A DNA stretch of 46,650 bases, from positions 1 through 46,650 of the forward strand of contig MAAG01000100.1 of assembly GCA_002163065.1 (NCBI GenBank), read 5' to 3'. The first letter of the stretch is position 1, and the number at the start of each line of letters is the position of its first letter. The notes under the pieces were generated by a model. The model had not been told where the DNA came from. It worked only from the letters and a program-made list of their open reading frames with translations, and ran no database searches. A program made the position numbers and the translations under genes. Shown piece by piece: positions 8,884 to 18,701 of the stretch. This DNA comes from Arcobacter sp. 31_11_sub10_T18 (GTDB taxonomy: Bacteria > Campylobacterota > Campylobacteria > Campylobacterales > Arcobacteraceae).

Positions 8884-11070
8884 TTATAAACTTGATGAAG
8901 CCAATTCTATACGGTCTTTGCTTACTTTTAGGACCTTCAGTTCAACCTCTTGACCGACAGTTAAAACATCAGCAACTTTATTAACTCTTTGTTTAGATAT
9001 CTTTGAAATATGAAGTAATCCTTCTCCACCTTTTGGTAATACAACAAAGGCTCCAAAGTCAACAATTCTTTCAACCTTGCCTGTTAAAACTTCATCTACT
9101 TCATAAGTTTTCTCAAAATCAATGTTTTTAGATGGTCTTCTTCCACCACCTGCAGGTGCATTATCTGTAATAGATTTGATGTGAGCACAAGCATCTAAAA
9201 CATTTTGTTTATTATCACCACTAACTTTTACTGTACCACTATCTCTATCTAAGTCAATGCCAACATCAAATTTTTCAATAATACCTTTTATAGTTGCCCC
9301 TGCTCTACCAATAACAACCATTATTTTACTTGCATCAATAGCAAATTGCTCAATTAAAGGTAAAGCCTCACTTGGAACTATATTTTCAGCAGCCTCTTCC
9401 ATTAATCCTAAGATATGGTTTTTACCCTCATTTGCTTGTGTTAGTGCTTCTTCTAAAACTTTAAGTTCAATTCCACCTAATTTAATATCCATTTGTAAAG
9501 CTGTAATTCCATCTTTAGTACCTGCAACTTTAAAGTCCATATCTCCATCATGGTCTTCTAGTCCCATGATATCTGTAAGAATTGAATATTCATCGCCTTC
9601 AACAACCATACCCATTGCAACACCTGCAACAAGATTTGATATAGGAACACCCGCTGCTTTAAGTGCAAGAGAACCACCACACACAGTTGCCATTGAAGAT
9701 GAACCATTTGATTCAAGAATTTCAGATACCAATCTGATTGTATCAGAGAAATCTTTGTCTATTGATGACTCTAATGCTTTTTTAGCAAGGTTACCATGTC
9801 CTAGTTCTCTTCTTCCAACACCAAACATAGGTTTTGCTTCACCTACACTAAATCCTGGGAAATTATAGTGAACAATGAAGTTTTCAGTTGATGCTGATCT
9901 TTCTGTTAAAATTTCAACCATTTGTCCATTTTTTGCATCTGTTAAAGTTCCAACAACAAGTGCTTGTGTTTCTCCTCTAGTGAAAAGACAAGAACTGTGA
10001 GCTGAGGGTAAAATATTCGTGTCAATTGTAATTGGTCGAACCGTTTTTAGCCCTCTTCCATCTGCACGAACTTTATCTTTAACAATCATACTTCTAACCA
10101 GTTCTCTTTTAACTACTGAAACGGCCTCATAAACTGTTGTTAATTCTAGTTCATTTTCTACACTATAAGCATCTAATTGAATTACTTTTGAAATATCTTT
10201 TAACTCTGTAGCTCTCTCACTTTTTGCCAATTTTTTAATGGCTTCACTAATTTGAGGGGTATAATTATCTCTTACATAAGAAATAACAGATTCATTTACT
10301 GAAAATGAAACCAATTCAAGAACTTTTTCTTCTTTTGATACATTTTCAAAACTTGCTTCATATGCTTCATTTGCTTCTTTTAATGCAGCTTGTGCAATAC
10401 CAATGGCTTCCACTAATTCTTGTGTTGTAACTTCATTTGCATTGTGAATTTTAGAGAAAGCTTCAATGTCTACTTCAACCATATCTTCAGATGAAATTGA
10501 TTTCATTTCAATCATAAGTAACTCTGCTTTAGATCCAGCAACATATAAATCTAATGTAGATTCATTCATCATTGACATTTTTGGGTTAACAACATATTCT
10601 CCATCAATTTTTGCTACTCTAATTCCTGCAACAGATTTCTTGATTGGTATATCTGATGTGTACATAGCTGCTGATGCTGCATTAAGAGCTAAAGCTTGAA
10701 TATCCACATCTTTATCAGCACTTAGAACCATTACTGTTATTGTTGTTGGAAATACATAACCTTTTGGGAATAAAGGTCGTAAACTTCTATCAATAACTCT
10801 TGATGTTAAAGTTTCAAATTCACTTGGTTTTGCTTCTCGTTTAAAGAAACCTCCAGGAAGTTTTGCTGCAGCATAAGTTTTTTCAATATACTGTACTGTT
10901 AATGGTGTAAAGTCAGCATCCACTGGATTGTCAAACTCACTTACAATTGTTGCCAGTACAACAGCTTTACCTTTTTTTGCCAAAACAGAACCATTTGCCT
11001 GCTTTGCAACCTTATTAAATTCATATATTTCTTCTTGTCCGTTTAACTCAAATTCGCATACTGTTGACAT
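8884..11070 (-). CDS. pnp: Polyribonucleotide nucleotidyltransferase (PNPase)
   Basis: 728 aa with two RNase-PH-like domains, a KH domain and a C-terminal S1 domain (GKVERIVDFGAFV). Characteristic LESNGSSSMATVCGG segment. Confidence 0.95.
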   Translation of the reverse strand: MSTVCEFELNGQEEIYEFNKVAKQANGSVLAKKGKAVVLATIVSEFDNPVDADFTPLTVQYIEKTYAAAKLPGGFFKREAKPSEFETLTSRVIDRSLRPLFPKGYVFPTTITVMVLSADKDVDIQALALNAASAAMYTSDIPIKKSVAGIRVAKIDGEYVVNPKMSMMNESTLDLYVAGSKAELLMIEMKSISSEDMVEVDIEAFSKIHNANEVTTQELVEAIGIAQAALKEANEAYEASFENVSKEEKVLELVSFSVNESVISYVRDNYTPQISEAIKKLAKSERATELKDISKVIQLDAYSVENELELTTVYEAVSVVKRELVRSMIVKDKVRADGRGLKTVRPITIDTNILPSAHSSCLFTRGETQALVVGTLTDAKNGQMVEILTERSASTENFIVHYNFPGFSVGEAKPMFGVGRRELGHGNLAKKALESSIDKDFSDTIRLVSEILESNGSSSMATVCGGSLALKAAGVPISNLVAGVAMGMVVEGDEYSILTDIMGLEDHDGDMDFKVAGTKDGITALQMDIKLGGIELKVLEEALTQANEGKNHILGLMEEAAENIVPSEALPLIEQFAIDASKIMVVIGRAGATIKGIIEKFDVGIDLDRDSGTVKVSGDNKQNVLDACAHIKSITDNAPAGGGRRPSKNIDFEKTYEVDEVLTGKVERIVDFGAFVVLPKGGEGLLHISKISKQRVNKVADVLTVGQEVELKVLKVSKDRIELASSSL

Positions 11071-11723
11071 TATTTTTCCTTAATCATTTTTAAATTATCT
11101 TCATAGGTAACTCTTTTTAACTCTTCATAATAAAAATCTATTAATACAAAGTGTTGAAGTTTCTTAACATAGTATAAATCATCGGCTATTGATTCAATAA
11201 TTGGTGCACTCACATCTGGTAAGATTGGAACTGCAACCGATACTGACTTTGAGCCAAGATTTATAGCTGTTTTAATACAAGCCATCATTGTAATACTTGT
11301 ATTTAACCCTTCATCAATTAATAATACATTTTTATTATGAAGATCCGCAATTGGTTCCCCACCTCTATATCTGTGAATACGTTTTAAAACACTTTCATCA
11401 TAAATTCGTTTGGAGTTTGAAAAAATACAATCCAAACTAATATCAAAAGCTTTTACCAACTCCTCATGAATTACAACCTCTTCACTTTCACTTACAATTG
11501 CAACCTCGCATTCGTCGTTATTGGGTGCAAATACTTTGCTAGTAAATAGAAAATCAAATTCTGCATTGAGTCTCATTGCGATTTCATATGCAATTGGCGT
11601 TCCTCCACTTGAAGTTGAAAGAACAACCCAATTTTCTTTTTTCATTTTTTCTATTGGTAAAACAGAAATCAACTGTTCTGCCGCATCTTTTCTGTCCTTA
11701 AAGTATTTTTTAGCTTCTTTCAT
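11070..11723 (-). CDS. Phosphoribosyltransferase-family protein
   Basis: PRTase-like PRPP-binding loop (VLLIDEGLNTSITM). The stop overlaps the pnp start by 1 nt. Confidence 0.7.
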   Translation of the reverse strand: MKEAKKYFKDRKDAAEQLISVLPIEKMKKENWVVLSTSSGGTPIAYEIAMRLNAEFDFLFTSKVFAPNNDECEVAIVSESEEVVIHEELVKAFDISLDCIFSNSKRIYDESVLKRIHRYRGGEPIADLHNKNVLLIDEGLNTSITMMACIKTAINLGSKSVSVAVPILPDVSAPIIESIADDLYYVKKLQHFVLIDFYYEELKRVTYEDNLKMIKEK

Positions 11724-11724
11724 C

Positions 11725-13881
11725 TTACTGCTCTTTTATTTTTTTTGCAAAATTAACACCACCCAGCTGTTTTAATTCCAATGTAAAAAAGATTGTATCT
11801 TGGTAGGTAGCTGAGTTTCCATTGTCAGTTGAAGAGGCAACCAATTCTTTTCCATATTTAATATCAAAATTCCAACAACTGTCATCTATATTAAAAGAAA
11901 AAGTATCTTTACTCACAAGATGTTTTTGAATATTATAATCTTGTTCATATGTTAACTTAAAATCATCTAGAAATTTAAATCCAGTTTTAAATGTATAAGA
12001 TTCTAAATCTTCTTTTCCAGAGTTTGGAGTATCTTTGGAAACATAATAGGTTGCATTAAAAAAATAATCATTATATGAAAGATTTAATCCTGATGAAGAT
12101 TCAATAAATTCCTCATCTTCTTGGGAATAAACCAATCTGTTTGATAAACTACCCAGAGTATGGTTAAAGGTAAGCTCATTTTCTAAATTTGATAATTTTG
12201 TGTCAAAATCACTATAAATAACTGATTGTTTAATTTTGTGGTTAATGATTTGAGCCAAGTCATCTTTATCATAAACAGAATGATTTAAAGAAAAATCAAC
12301 CGTTTTTTGTGTTTTTGAAATAGAAAATGCTTCAAGTTCAGAATCACTGTTTGTAATACTATATAAATCACCCGTTTCACTTAGTGTTGTAGGTAAAGTA
12401 AAATCAACATTAAAATTGACTGTGTGAATATAATTATCATAAGGTTTTGTAATATCAGTACCCAAAGTAACAACACTGGTATTTTCTACAAAAGTTCCAT
12501 CAGAAAACTGAGTAGAAGTATTTGAATATTTTAAATGTGAAATAGTCGTGGTATTTTTTAAAGTTAATCTAATATAATCATTTAATAAAAAGTAACTATA
12601 AGTAAAAGGTAAAGAAAAATCTATTTGATTGGCATTAATGCCTTCTTTTCTATTGTAGTTTGTATAAATTGTATCCGTTGAATATAATAATTTATCAAAC
12701 AAAATAGGCTCTGAATATGTATGAAATTGAGCTTGTGGAAGTTTTTGCATGGTATTGTCATTTGAATCTAAACTTGTATCTAAATAATGGGTAAAATAAA
12801 TTCCGGAATAGTGCCCAGGAGTATTATAAAAATAATTGATATTAGACTCAATCTTTTTTTCATAAGATTCTTTATGATTTTCATCTTCTAGATTTTTAAA
12901 CTCAACATCATTGATCCAGTCAACATTGATAAATAAACCATCTTGATTATCAATGTTTTTAGTAAATAACTTCTCTCTTTTATACTGTACATTAAAACCA
13001 AAATGTTTTTTGTTCTTGAGAGAATTTTCTGTAAAGTATTTATCTTTTTCTGAAAATATCCCCGTATTAAAATATAAAGTAGAAAATGGCGAGTCTGCAT
13101 ACCTTAGGTATGTGTATATTCCTTTTCCTCTTTTTGAACGTACTTGAGGAATTATTTCAATATCGTAATTATCTTCAGGTGCTAAATAAATTGGTTGATT
13201 AAGCAAAAAACCCTCTTTACTAGATTGTCCAATAGAAGGAATTAATACACCTGATCTTCTGGTGTCATCTGTAGGAAAGGCAAAGTAAGGTAGATAAAAT
13301 ACAGGGACTGAGCCTATATAAATTTTATTATTAAAAGTTTCAACCCATTGGCTTTTAGTATCATAAGAACCACTAGAGAAATCAATAGTCCAATCTGGAT
13401 CGTCACAATCACAACTGGATAATATAGATTTTTCAAGCTGAATTACTTCAGTAGTTTTATTAGACTTTGATGAGTTAATCCATAGTGGAGAAGTTTTATT
13501 AATTATTAATGTAGGTGTTTGAGACAAGTCACCTGATTTCATATCAATAAAAGAGTAATCACTATTTGAATGTAAAGAATTGTCTTTTAAAATAACTACT
13601 TCATCAAATAACTCAAAAGTTTCATTGTTTTTATTATAGATGGCTTTTTGTGCAGTCATATAGTAGGATTTTGAAAATATAACCACATCGCCAGTTGCAG
13701 TAACAATATTATTCTTGGTTTCAAGTTTATTGGCGAAAATTTGATATTTTTCATTATTTAAACTAGAATTTGATTTAGTGTTTTTTTGAGTTTTGACAAT
13801 TTTCTTGTCGACATTTTCAATTGCACCAGCTGCATAAATTGAAGAAGTTAAACCTATAATTAAGAGTGATTTTTTAAGCAT
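11725..13881 (-). CDS. lptD: LPS-assembly outer-membrane protein LptD-like
   Basis: Signal peptide (MLKKSLLIIGLTSSIYAAGA), an OstA/LptD-like N-terminal segment (VTATGDVVIFSKSYYMTAQKAIYNKNNETFELFDEVVI), and a long Y/F/N/S/T-rich beta-barrel-type remainder. Confidence 0.72.
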   Translation of the reverse strand: MLKKSLLIIGLTSSIYAAGAIENVDKKIVKTQKNTKSNSSLNNEKYQIFANKLETKNNIVTATGDVVIFSKSYYMTAQKAIYNKNNETFELFDEVVILKDNSLHSNSDYSFIDMKSGDLSQTPTLIINKTSPLWINSSKSNKTTEVIQLEKSILSSCDCDDPDWTIDFSSGSYDTKSQWVETFNNKIYIGSVPVFYLPYFAFPTDDTRRSGVLIPSIGQSSKEGFLLNQPIYLAPEDNYDIEIIPQVRSKRGKGIYTYLRYADSPFSTLYFNTGIFSEKDKYFTENSLKNKKHFGFNVQYKREKLFTKNIDNQDGLFINVDWINDVEFKNLEDENHKESYEKKIESNINYFYNTPGHYSGIYFTHYLDTSLDSNDNTMQKLPQAQFHTYSEPILFDKLLYSTDTIYTNYNRKEGINANQIDFSLPFTYSYFLLNDYIRLTLKNTTTISHLKYSNTSTQFSDGTFVENTSVVTLGTDITKPYDNYIHTVNFNVDFTLPTTLSETGDLYSITNSDSELEAFSISKTQKTVDFSLNHSVYDKDDLAQIINHKIKQSVIYSDFDTKLSNLENELTFNHTLGSLSNRLVYSQEDEEFIESSSGLNLSYNDYFFNATYYVSKDTPNSGKEDLESYTFKTGFKFLDDFKLTYEQDYNIQKHLVSKDTFSFNIDDSCWNFDIKYGKELVASSTDNGNSATYQDTIFFTLELKQLGGVNFAKKIKEQ

Positions 13882-14302
13882 TTACTACCAACGTCCTACT
13901 TATTTTATCATGAAGTGTTTGTCTACCATCAGTAAAGAATCCAATTATAAAACCAATATAAACAATATATTCACTAAATATTCTTGTCATTGAACGTATT
14001 AATGATGTCGCAAGAGAAACTCTTCCAAAATGATTATAGTCAATAACTTTAATTTTTGTAACAATTTTACCAATTGTTGCACCATAGTACCAAACAAAAA
14101 AGCCTTGATAAACAAATTTTAAGAGTAATACTTGAATTACATGTTCACTTATAATAATAAGCATATTTATTAATTGACCATCGGAAGAAGTGATTTGATC
14201 CCAAAAAAGTAATACAAAAACCAATGAAATAAGTAAATCATCAATAATAAATGCAATAATTCGTGAAGGCATGGATGCAAGCTGTAAGTTTTCATTATTC
14301 AT
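13874..14302 (-). CDS. RDD-family membrane protein
   Basis: 142 aa with three predicted TM segments. RDD-type layout (SRIIAFIIDDLL ... HDKISRTLVV). Overlaps the lptD start by 8 nt. Confidence 0.6.
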   Translation of the reverse strand: MNNENLQLASMPSRIIAFIIDDLLISLVFVLLFWDQITSSDGQLINMLIIISEHVIQVLLLKFVYQGFFVWYYGATIGKIVTKIKVIDYNHFGRVSLATSLIRSMTRIFSEYIVYIGFIIGFFTDGRQTLHDKISRTLVVNA

Positions 14303-14318
14303 ATAAGAAAAATTCCAA

Positions 14319-15584
14319 TTATTTTAATGCTTGATATGCAATATCAGTTCTAATTTTTTTACCTGCAAAATGCACTTGACCACATAACGCATAAGCTCTG
14401 TCTCTGGCTATTTTAATTGACTCACCAAATCCAACACAAACCAAAACTCTACCACCAGTAGCTAAAAGTTTACCATTATCTTTAGAAACTCCTGCATAAG
14501 ATATATGACTATTGTTCAATAACTCAACATCAACAATAGTATCAACAATAATTTCAGCTGGTTCACTACTGCTATATGGATAGTTTCCACTGGCCATTAC
14601 AACGCCAACACCAAATTCTTTTTTTATCTTTATATCAAGATTTTTTAAATCTTTTGTTGCACCTTTATAAAAAAGCTCACTTACAGGTGTTTCAAGTAGG
14701 GGCATTAGTATTTCACACTCAGGATCACCAAATCTAACATTATACTCAAGTATAATTGGCTCACCTCGTACTACCATTACTCCTATGAAAAGCACGCCTT
14801 CAAAGGGTGCACCTTCTTCTTTCATACCTTTTAATGTTGGTTTTATAACTCTGTCTTCAATTTTTTGGTAAATAGTTTCGTCAACTAATGGTGTAGGAGC
14901 GTAGGCACCCATTCCACCTGTGTTTGGTCCAGTATCACCATTTCCAACTCTTTTATGATCTTGAGCTGCAGGAAGTACTTTATAGTTTTCACCATCACAA
15001 ATTGCAAAAACAGAAAGTTCATAACCATCAAGAAATTCTTCAACCACTACATTGGTACCCGCATCACCAAAACTAACACCATTTAACATATCAGATACTG
15101 CTTCTTTTGCTTCATCTTTACTTTGTGCAATGATAACACCTTTTCCTGCACATAAACCATCCGCTTTCACTACGATTGGAATTTGCATGGAATCAATAAA
15201 ATCATTGGCTTCAGAAATAGAGTTTGTTTCAATAAAAGCAGCTGTTGGAACGTTAAATTTTTTCAGCATATTTTTCATATAAACTTTAGAACCTTCAAGG
15301 CGAGCCGCAGCTGCACTTGGACCAAAAATGACCAAATTATTTGCTTTAAAAATATCCACTACTCCATCAACCAAAGGAGCTTCAGGTCCAACAATAGTTA
15401 AATCAATAGCTTTCTCTTTAGCCCATGAAGCCAAATCATGATAGTCTTTAATATTAATATTCGTACCCAAAGTATCTGTAGCACCATTACCTGGCATAAA
15501 AAACAATTGATGTTCATTTTCTTTATATATACTCAATCCAATAGAGTATTCTCTACCGCCACTTCCTAAAATCAAAATATTCAC
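14319..15584 (-). CDS. purD: Phosphoribosylamine--glycine ligase
   Basis: Canonical PurD sequence ([17 protein letters not shown]-grasp core, [10 protein letters not shown]). GTG start preceded by an AAGGAAA RBS. Confidence 0.95.
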
Positions 15585-15650
15585 TTATTTTCCTTATATG
15601 CTGGTAATACCTAAAGAAAAATAATCAATATATTAATTTTCTTTAAGTAT

Positions 15651-15830
15651 AAAAATCCAAGTAGCCGTTAACCATCAATATGGCCCACAAAAGCCAATGA
15701 CTGCACGTAAGAATTAAATTTTAGGAACGCAAAAAGCAAAAGCCTAAACACTACACACCATTTAATTACAATTACACACATAAATACAGTATCGGACCCT
15801 CAACAATGGAAATCCCGAACCACTTAGATA
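15651..15830 (-). ncRNA. ssrS: Candidate 6S-like (SsrS) regulatory RNA, about 180 nt
   Basis: It sits in a 347-nt gap with no ORF. The minus-strand transcript is G/U-rich. By hand it folds into one long irregular hairpin:
- 5' AAGUGGUU pairs with 3' AACGGCUACUU.
- CCAUUGUUGAGGGUCC pairs with GGGCCAUAUUGAUGG.
- CCGAUACUG pairs with CAGUCAUUGG.
- UGUGUAA..AAUUAAAU pairs with AUUUAAUU..UUACGUG.
- The apical stem is UUUAGG/CCUAAA.

It ends in a U-run (GGAUUUUU). A TAAAAT -10 element lies about 7 nt upstream of the proposed 5' end. I recall that 6S RNA lies next to purD in Helicobacter and Campylobacter, but I have not verified this. Confidence 0.45.
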
Positions 15831-15931
15831 TTAACTATTTTACCTAATTGTGAGTAAATTAAACATTAAAAATTGAGAAAATAATTATTTCATTTTAAAT
15901 GGAAATTATTAAAGTAGAAATGATATGAAAA

Positions 15932-16567
15932 CTAAGAGAAACTTTTGGCATACTTTATACACTCTGAAAGAGATTGACTGGGTGAAATCTTAGAATTTAT
16001 ACCTTCAGGTAAATAAGTAGCAGTAGTTCTACCTATACAGATTGCTTGATAACTGCTATCCCAAATATAGAGATCAAAAAAACATTTTATAGTTGAGGGG
16101 GAAGAAAATATAATGATTGAATTTTCAGGAATATTAACATGATAATCAAGTTTATTACAGCTTGTTTCATATGTAATTAATTCATCAATTATAACTTGAT
16201 TGTCTTTTAAAATTTGAACCAAGTTTGACACAACTTTTTTTGCTCTAATATATAAGGTTTTTTTATTGGCAAGTAAATCTTTAAGTTCATGAGCAAAACT
16301 GTCGCCATGGCTACTTTTACCAACAAACTTTGTGATACCACCCTCTTCTTCTATGATTTTTTGCGTTTTTTTTGCGATTGCATATGATGGTATTTTTTTC
16401 CAATCTTTATTAAATGAATTAAGGGAATAGATAGCATTTTTAGAAGTAAAGATTAAAGCATCATAATGTTTAATATTAATATTTTGAGGTAAAAATCTAA
16501 TATTTAGTAGAGGGATATTAGTAACTCCCTCTATTTTTTGATCATTTAGAATAAATATTTTTTTCAT
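15932..16567 (-). CDS. hemD: Uroporphyrinogen-III synthase
   Basis: 211 aa. HemD-like pattern (YDALIFTSKNAIYSL ... IIFSSPSTIKCF), i.e. the two repeated half-domains typical of the family. Confidence 0.65.
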   Translation of the reverse strand: MKKIFILNDQKIEGVTNIPLLNIRFLPQNINIKHYDALIFTSKNAIYSLNSFNKDWKKIPSYAIAKKTQKIIEEEGGITKFVGKSSHGDSFAHELKDLLANKKTLYIRAKKVVSNLVQILKDNQVIIDELITYETSCNKLDYHVNIPENSIIIFSSPSTIKCFFDLYIWDSSYQAICIGRTTATYLPEGINSKISPSQSLSECIKYAKSFS

Positions 16568-16573
16568 AAAGAC

Positions 16574-18004
16574 CTAATATTTAATTACAACTTCTTTTTC
16601 TTCTTCTCTTTCACCTTTTCCACGTGTAACAATATGAACTGGTGTTCCTTCAAGATTGAGTTTTTCCCGTAGAAAGTTAATTAAGTATCTTTTATAAGAA
16701 AAGTGCAATAGTCTAGGTTTATTCATAATCAATGCAACCCTAGGTGGTTTGGTTGCAAATTGTGTTGTATAGTAAATTCTTAAATAAGCTCCATTTGGGC
16801 TTGGAAGAGAATGTCTTCTAGTTGCCGTATCAATAATTTCATTTAGGACTGATGTTGAAATTCGTTGAGAGTAATTTTCATGTATTTCAACCAAAGTATC
16901 TTTAAGTCTATCAATACTTCTTCCAGTTTTTGCAGATACTGCAATAATTGGAGCATAATATAAAAATCTGAATCTTCTTCTTACTTCAGCTTCAACTTTT
17001 TTGAAAGTATCGACGTTTTCATCCCATTTATTAAGAACAATGATAGTACCTAAACCAAATTCATCAACTAAACCTGCAATTTTTTCATCAAGATCAGCCA
17101 TCGGTTCACTTGCATCAATAACAAACAAAGCCAAATTTGCAACTTGTAACATGTCTTTTGTTCTCATTAATGCAAATTTTTCGATTCCTTCAATACTTCC
17201 ACGACGTCTTAAACCAGCAGTATCAACAAATGTAATTTCTTTGTCTTTATATTCAAAGGTTTCATCAACTGGATCAATTGTGGTACCAGCAATTGGACTC
17301 ACGACAGATCTTTCATGTCCAACCAAAGCATTTAAAATTGAACTTTTTCCCACATTAACTTTACCAATGATAGCAACTCTAATTTGGTTCTCATTTTCTT
17401 CAACTTTTTCTTCTTCCTCATCAAAAACAAATTCTTCTTCAGAATCATCATCTTTAGTTTCAGAATTTTCCATTAGCTCATCTTCACTTGGAGGAAGTTG
17501 TCCATATATCCAATCAAATAGGGTTCTAGTTCCTCTATTATGAGACACCGATATACCAAAAAGATTTTCTTCCCCAATTCCAAATTCATAAAATTCCCAA
17601 AGTCTCTCTTTTTCTTTATCATTATCAATCTTGTTAACAACTAAAGCCAGCTGTTTACCAAGACTTTGAAGCTCATAAAATAATTCTTTATCTTTATCAT
17701 CAGGTAGTCTTTTACCATCAACCATAAAAAGTATTATATCAGCCTCTTTTGCAGTTTCCACCGCTTTTCTTTTTACATTAGAAAATATTGCATCATTTGT
17801 TTCATCAATTCCACCAGTATCAAGCATTAATGCTTCACGACCAAAAATTGTAATATCGTGTCTTTTGATATCTCGAGTAGTTCCTGCTTGTTCACTAACA
17901 ATAGCAATTCTTTTTTTTGCAATTCTATTGAATAACGAACTCTTACCAACGTTGGGTTGACCAACCAATGCAATTTTCAATTTCTCTGTATTTTGTATTA
18001 TCAT
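16574..18004 (-). CDS. der: Ribosome-biogenesis GTPase Der (EngA)
   Basis: Two tandem GTPase domains (GQPNVGKSSLFN/DTGG/NKID and GKVNVGKSSILN/DTAG/NKWD), an acidic inter-domain linker and a KH-like C-terminus. Confidence 0.92.
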   Translation of the reverse strand: MIIQNTEKLKIALVGQPNVGKSSLFNRIAKKRIAIVSEQAGTTRDIKRHDITIFGREALMLDTGGIDETNDAIFSNVKRKAVETAKEADIILFMVDGKRLPDDKDKELFYELQSLGKQLALVVNKIDNDKEKERLWEFYEFGIGEENLFGISVSHNRGTRTLFDWIYGQLPPSEDELMENSETKDDDSEEEFVFDEEEEKVEENENQIRVAIIGKVNVGKSSILNALVGHERSVVSPIAGTTIDPVDETFEYKDKEITFVDTAGLRRRGSIEGIEKFALMRTKDMLQVANLALFVIDASEPMADLDEKIAGLVDEFGLGTIIVLNKWDENVDTFKKVEAEVRRRFRFLYYAPIIAVSAKTGRSIDRLKDTLVEIHENYSQRISTSVLNEIIDTATRRHSLPSPNGAYLRIYYTTQFATKPPRVALIMNKPRLLHFSYKRYLINFLREKLNLEGTPVHIVTRGKGEREEEKEVVIKY

Positions 18005-18024
18005 ATTATTCTTTTACCTTTTTA

Positions 18025-18060
18025 AACCAAAAAAGGTATTGGCTATAAAGCCAATACCTT
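18025..18060 (-). terminator. Rho-independent terminator downstream of hpf
   Basis: Perfect 12-bp stem AAGGTATTGGCT/AGCCAATACCTT (18033-18044 and 18049-18060) with a 4-nt loop. On the minus strand it is followed by TTTTGGTTT. Confidence 0.7.
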
Positions 18061-18084
18061 ATGGTTAATTTGTACTAACGGTTT

Positions 18085-18627
18085 CTAGTAAAGACCGTAT
18101 TTACCTTCTTCATTCATTTTGTATAATACTCTCATATTATCATCATTGTCATAAAAAACTTTAAAATGAGAATCATCAGATTTTAACTCACCTAAAGCAT
18201 CTTCAATATCAACTGGTTTATATGAAGTTAATCTAGTTGGAACAATTTCATTTTCAAACTTTTCCAATTCAATTGCAATTGCATCTGCAAGTTCAGTTGA
18301 AGCCACTTCTGTTAATTTTGTTGCTTTATGACCAACAATTTTATCATGGTGTCTACGAAGAACTTTAGAAACTCTATCTACAGCTATATCAATTGCTGCA
18401 TATAAATCTTTATCTTTTTGTTTAACAACTATTGTGTCAAGGTTTGCAATGTTTAAAGTAAACTCAAAAGAGATAACTTTTTTACCATTTTTACTTTCTT
18501 GTGAAATTATTGAGTTAACAGATATAATGTCTAAGTTGTATTTTTTAAAAATTTCAACAGAACTATTAATGTATTCTTTAATTGGTTCAGTTAATTCTAT
18601 ATGTCTTCCTACGATACTTGTATTCAT
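18085..18627 (-). CDS. hpf: Ribosome hibernation-promoting factor (long form)
   Basis: S30AE/HPF N-terminal domain (MNTSIVGRHIELTEPIKEYI) plus a C-terminal dimerisation-type extension. I set the start at the Met preceded by the AAGGAG RBS (nt 18627), not the longer ORF-track start. Confidence 0.85.
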   Translation of the reverse strand: MNTSIVGRHIELTEPIKEYINSSVEIFKKYNLDIISVNSIISQESKNGKKVISFEFTLNIANLDTIVVKQKDKDLYAAIDIAVDRVSKVLRRHHDKIVGHKATKLTEVASTELADAIAIELEKFENEIVPTRLTSYKPVDIEDALGELKSDDSHFKVFYDNDDNMRVLYKMNEEGKYGLY

Positions 18628-18701
18628 AATAAACTCCTTGTATTTAATAATTATTATTTTATCATATTTTAAATTAAACAATAATCATAAACACTAAAAG
18701 T

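Noticed and set aside
15585-15931. RNase P RNA, tmRNA, SRP RNA, or a purine/ZTP riboswitch as the identity of the structured region upstream of purD.
   Set aside because: I could not find the near-universal RNase P GGAAAGUCC / ACAGAA..GGCUUA pair. There is no tRNA-like 3' end or tag ORF for tmRNA, no SRP GGAA/AGCA domain, and no purine- or ZTP-riboswitch core sequence. The single long-hairpin fold and ~180-nt size fit 6S better.
18628-18681. Upstream extensions of ORF-track starts for hpf (18628-18681), the flagellin (24154-24210), ppx (25924-25968) and ccoS (46599-46634).
   Set aside because: In each case an internal Met has a good Shine-Dalgarno sequence and begins the conserved family N-terminus. 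The extension lacks an RBS, or, for ppx, overlaps the upstream gene.
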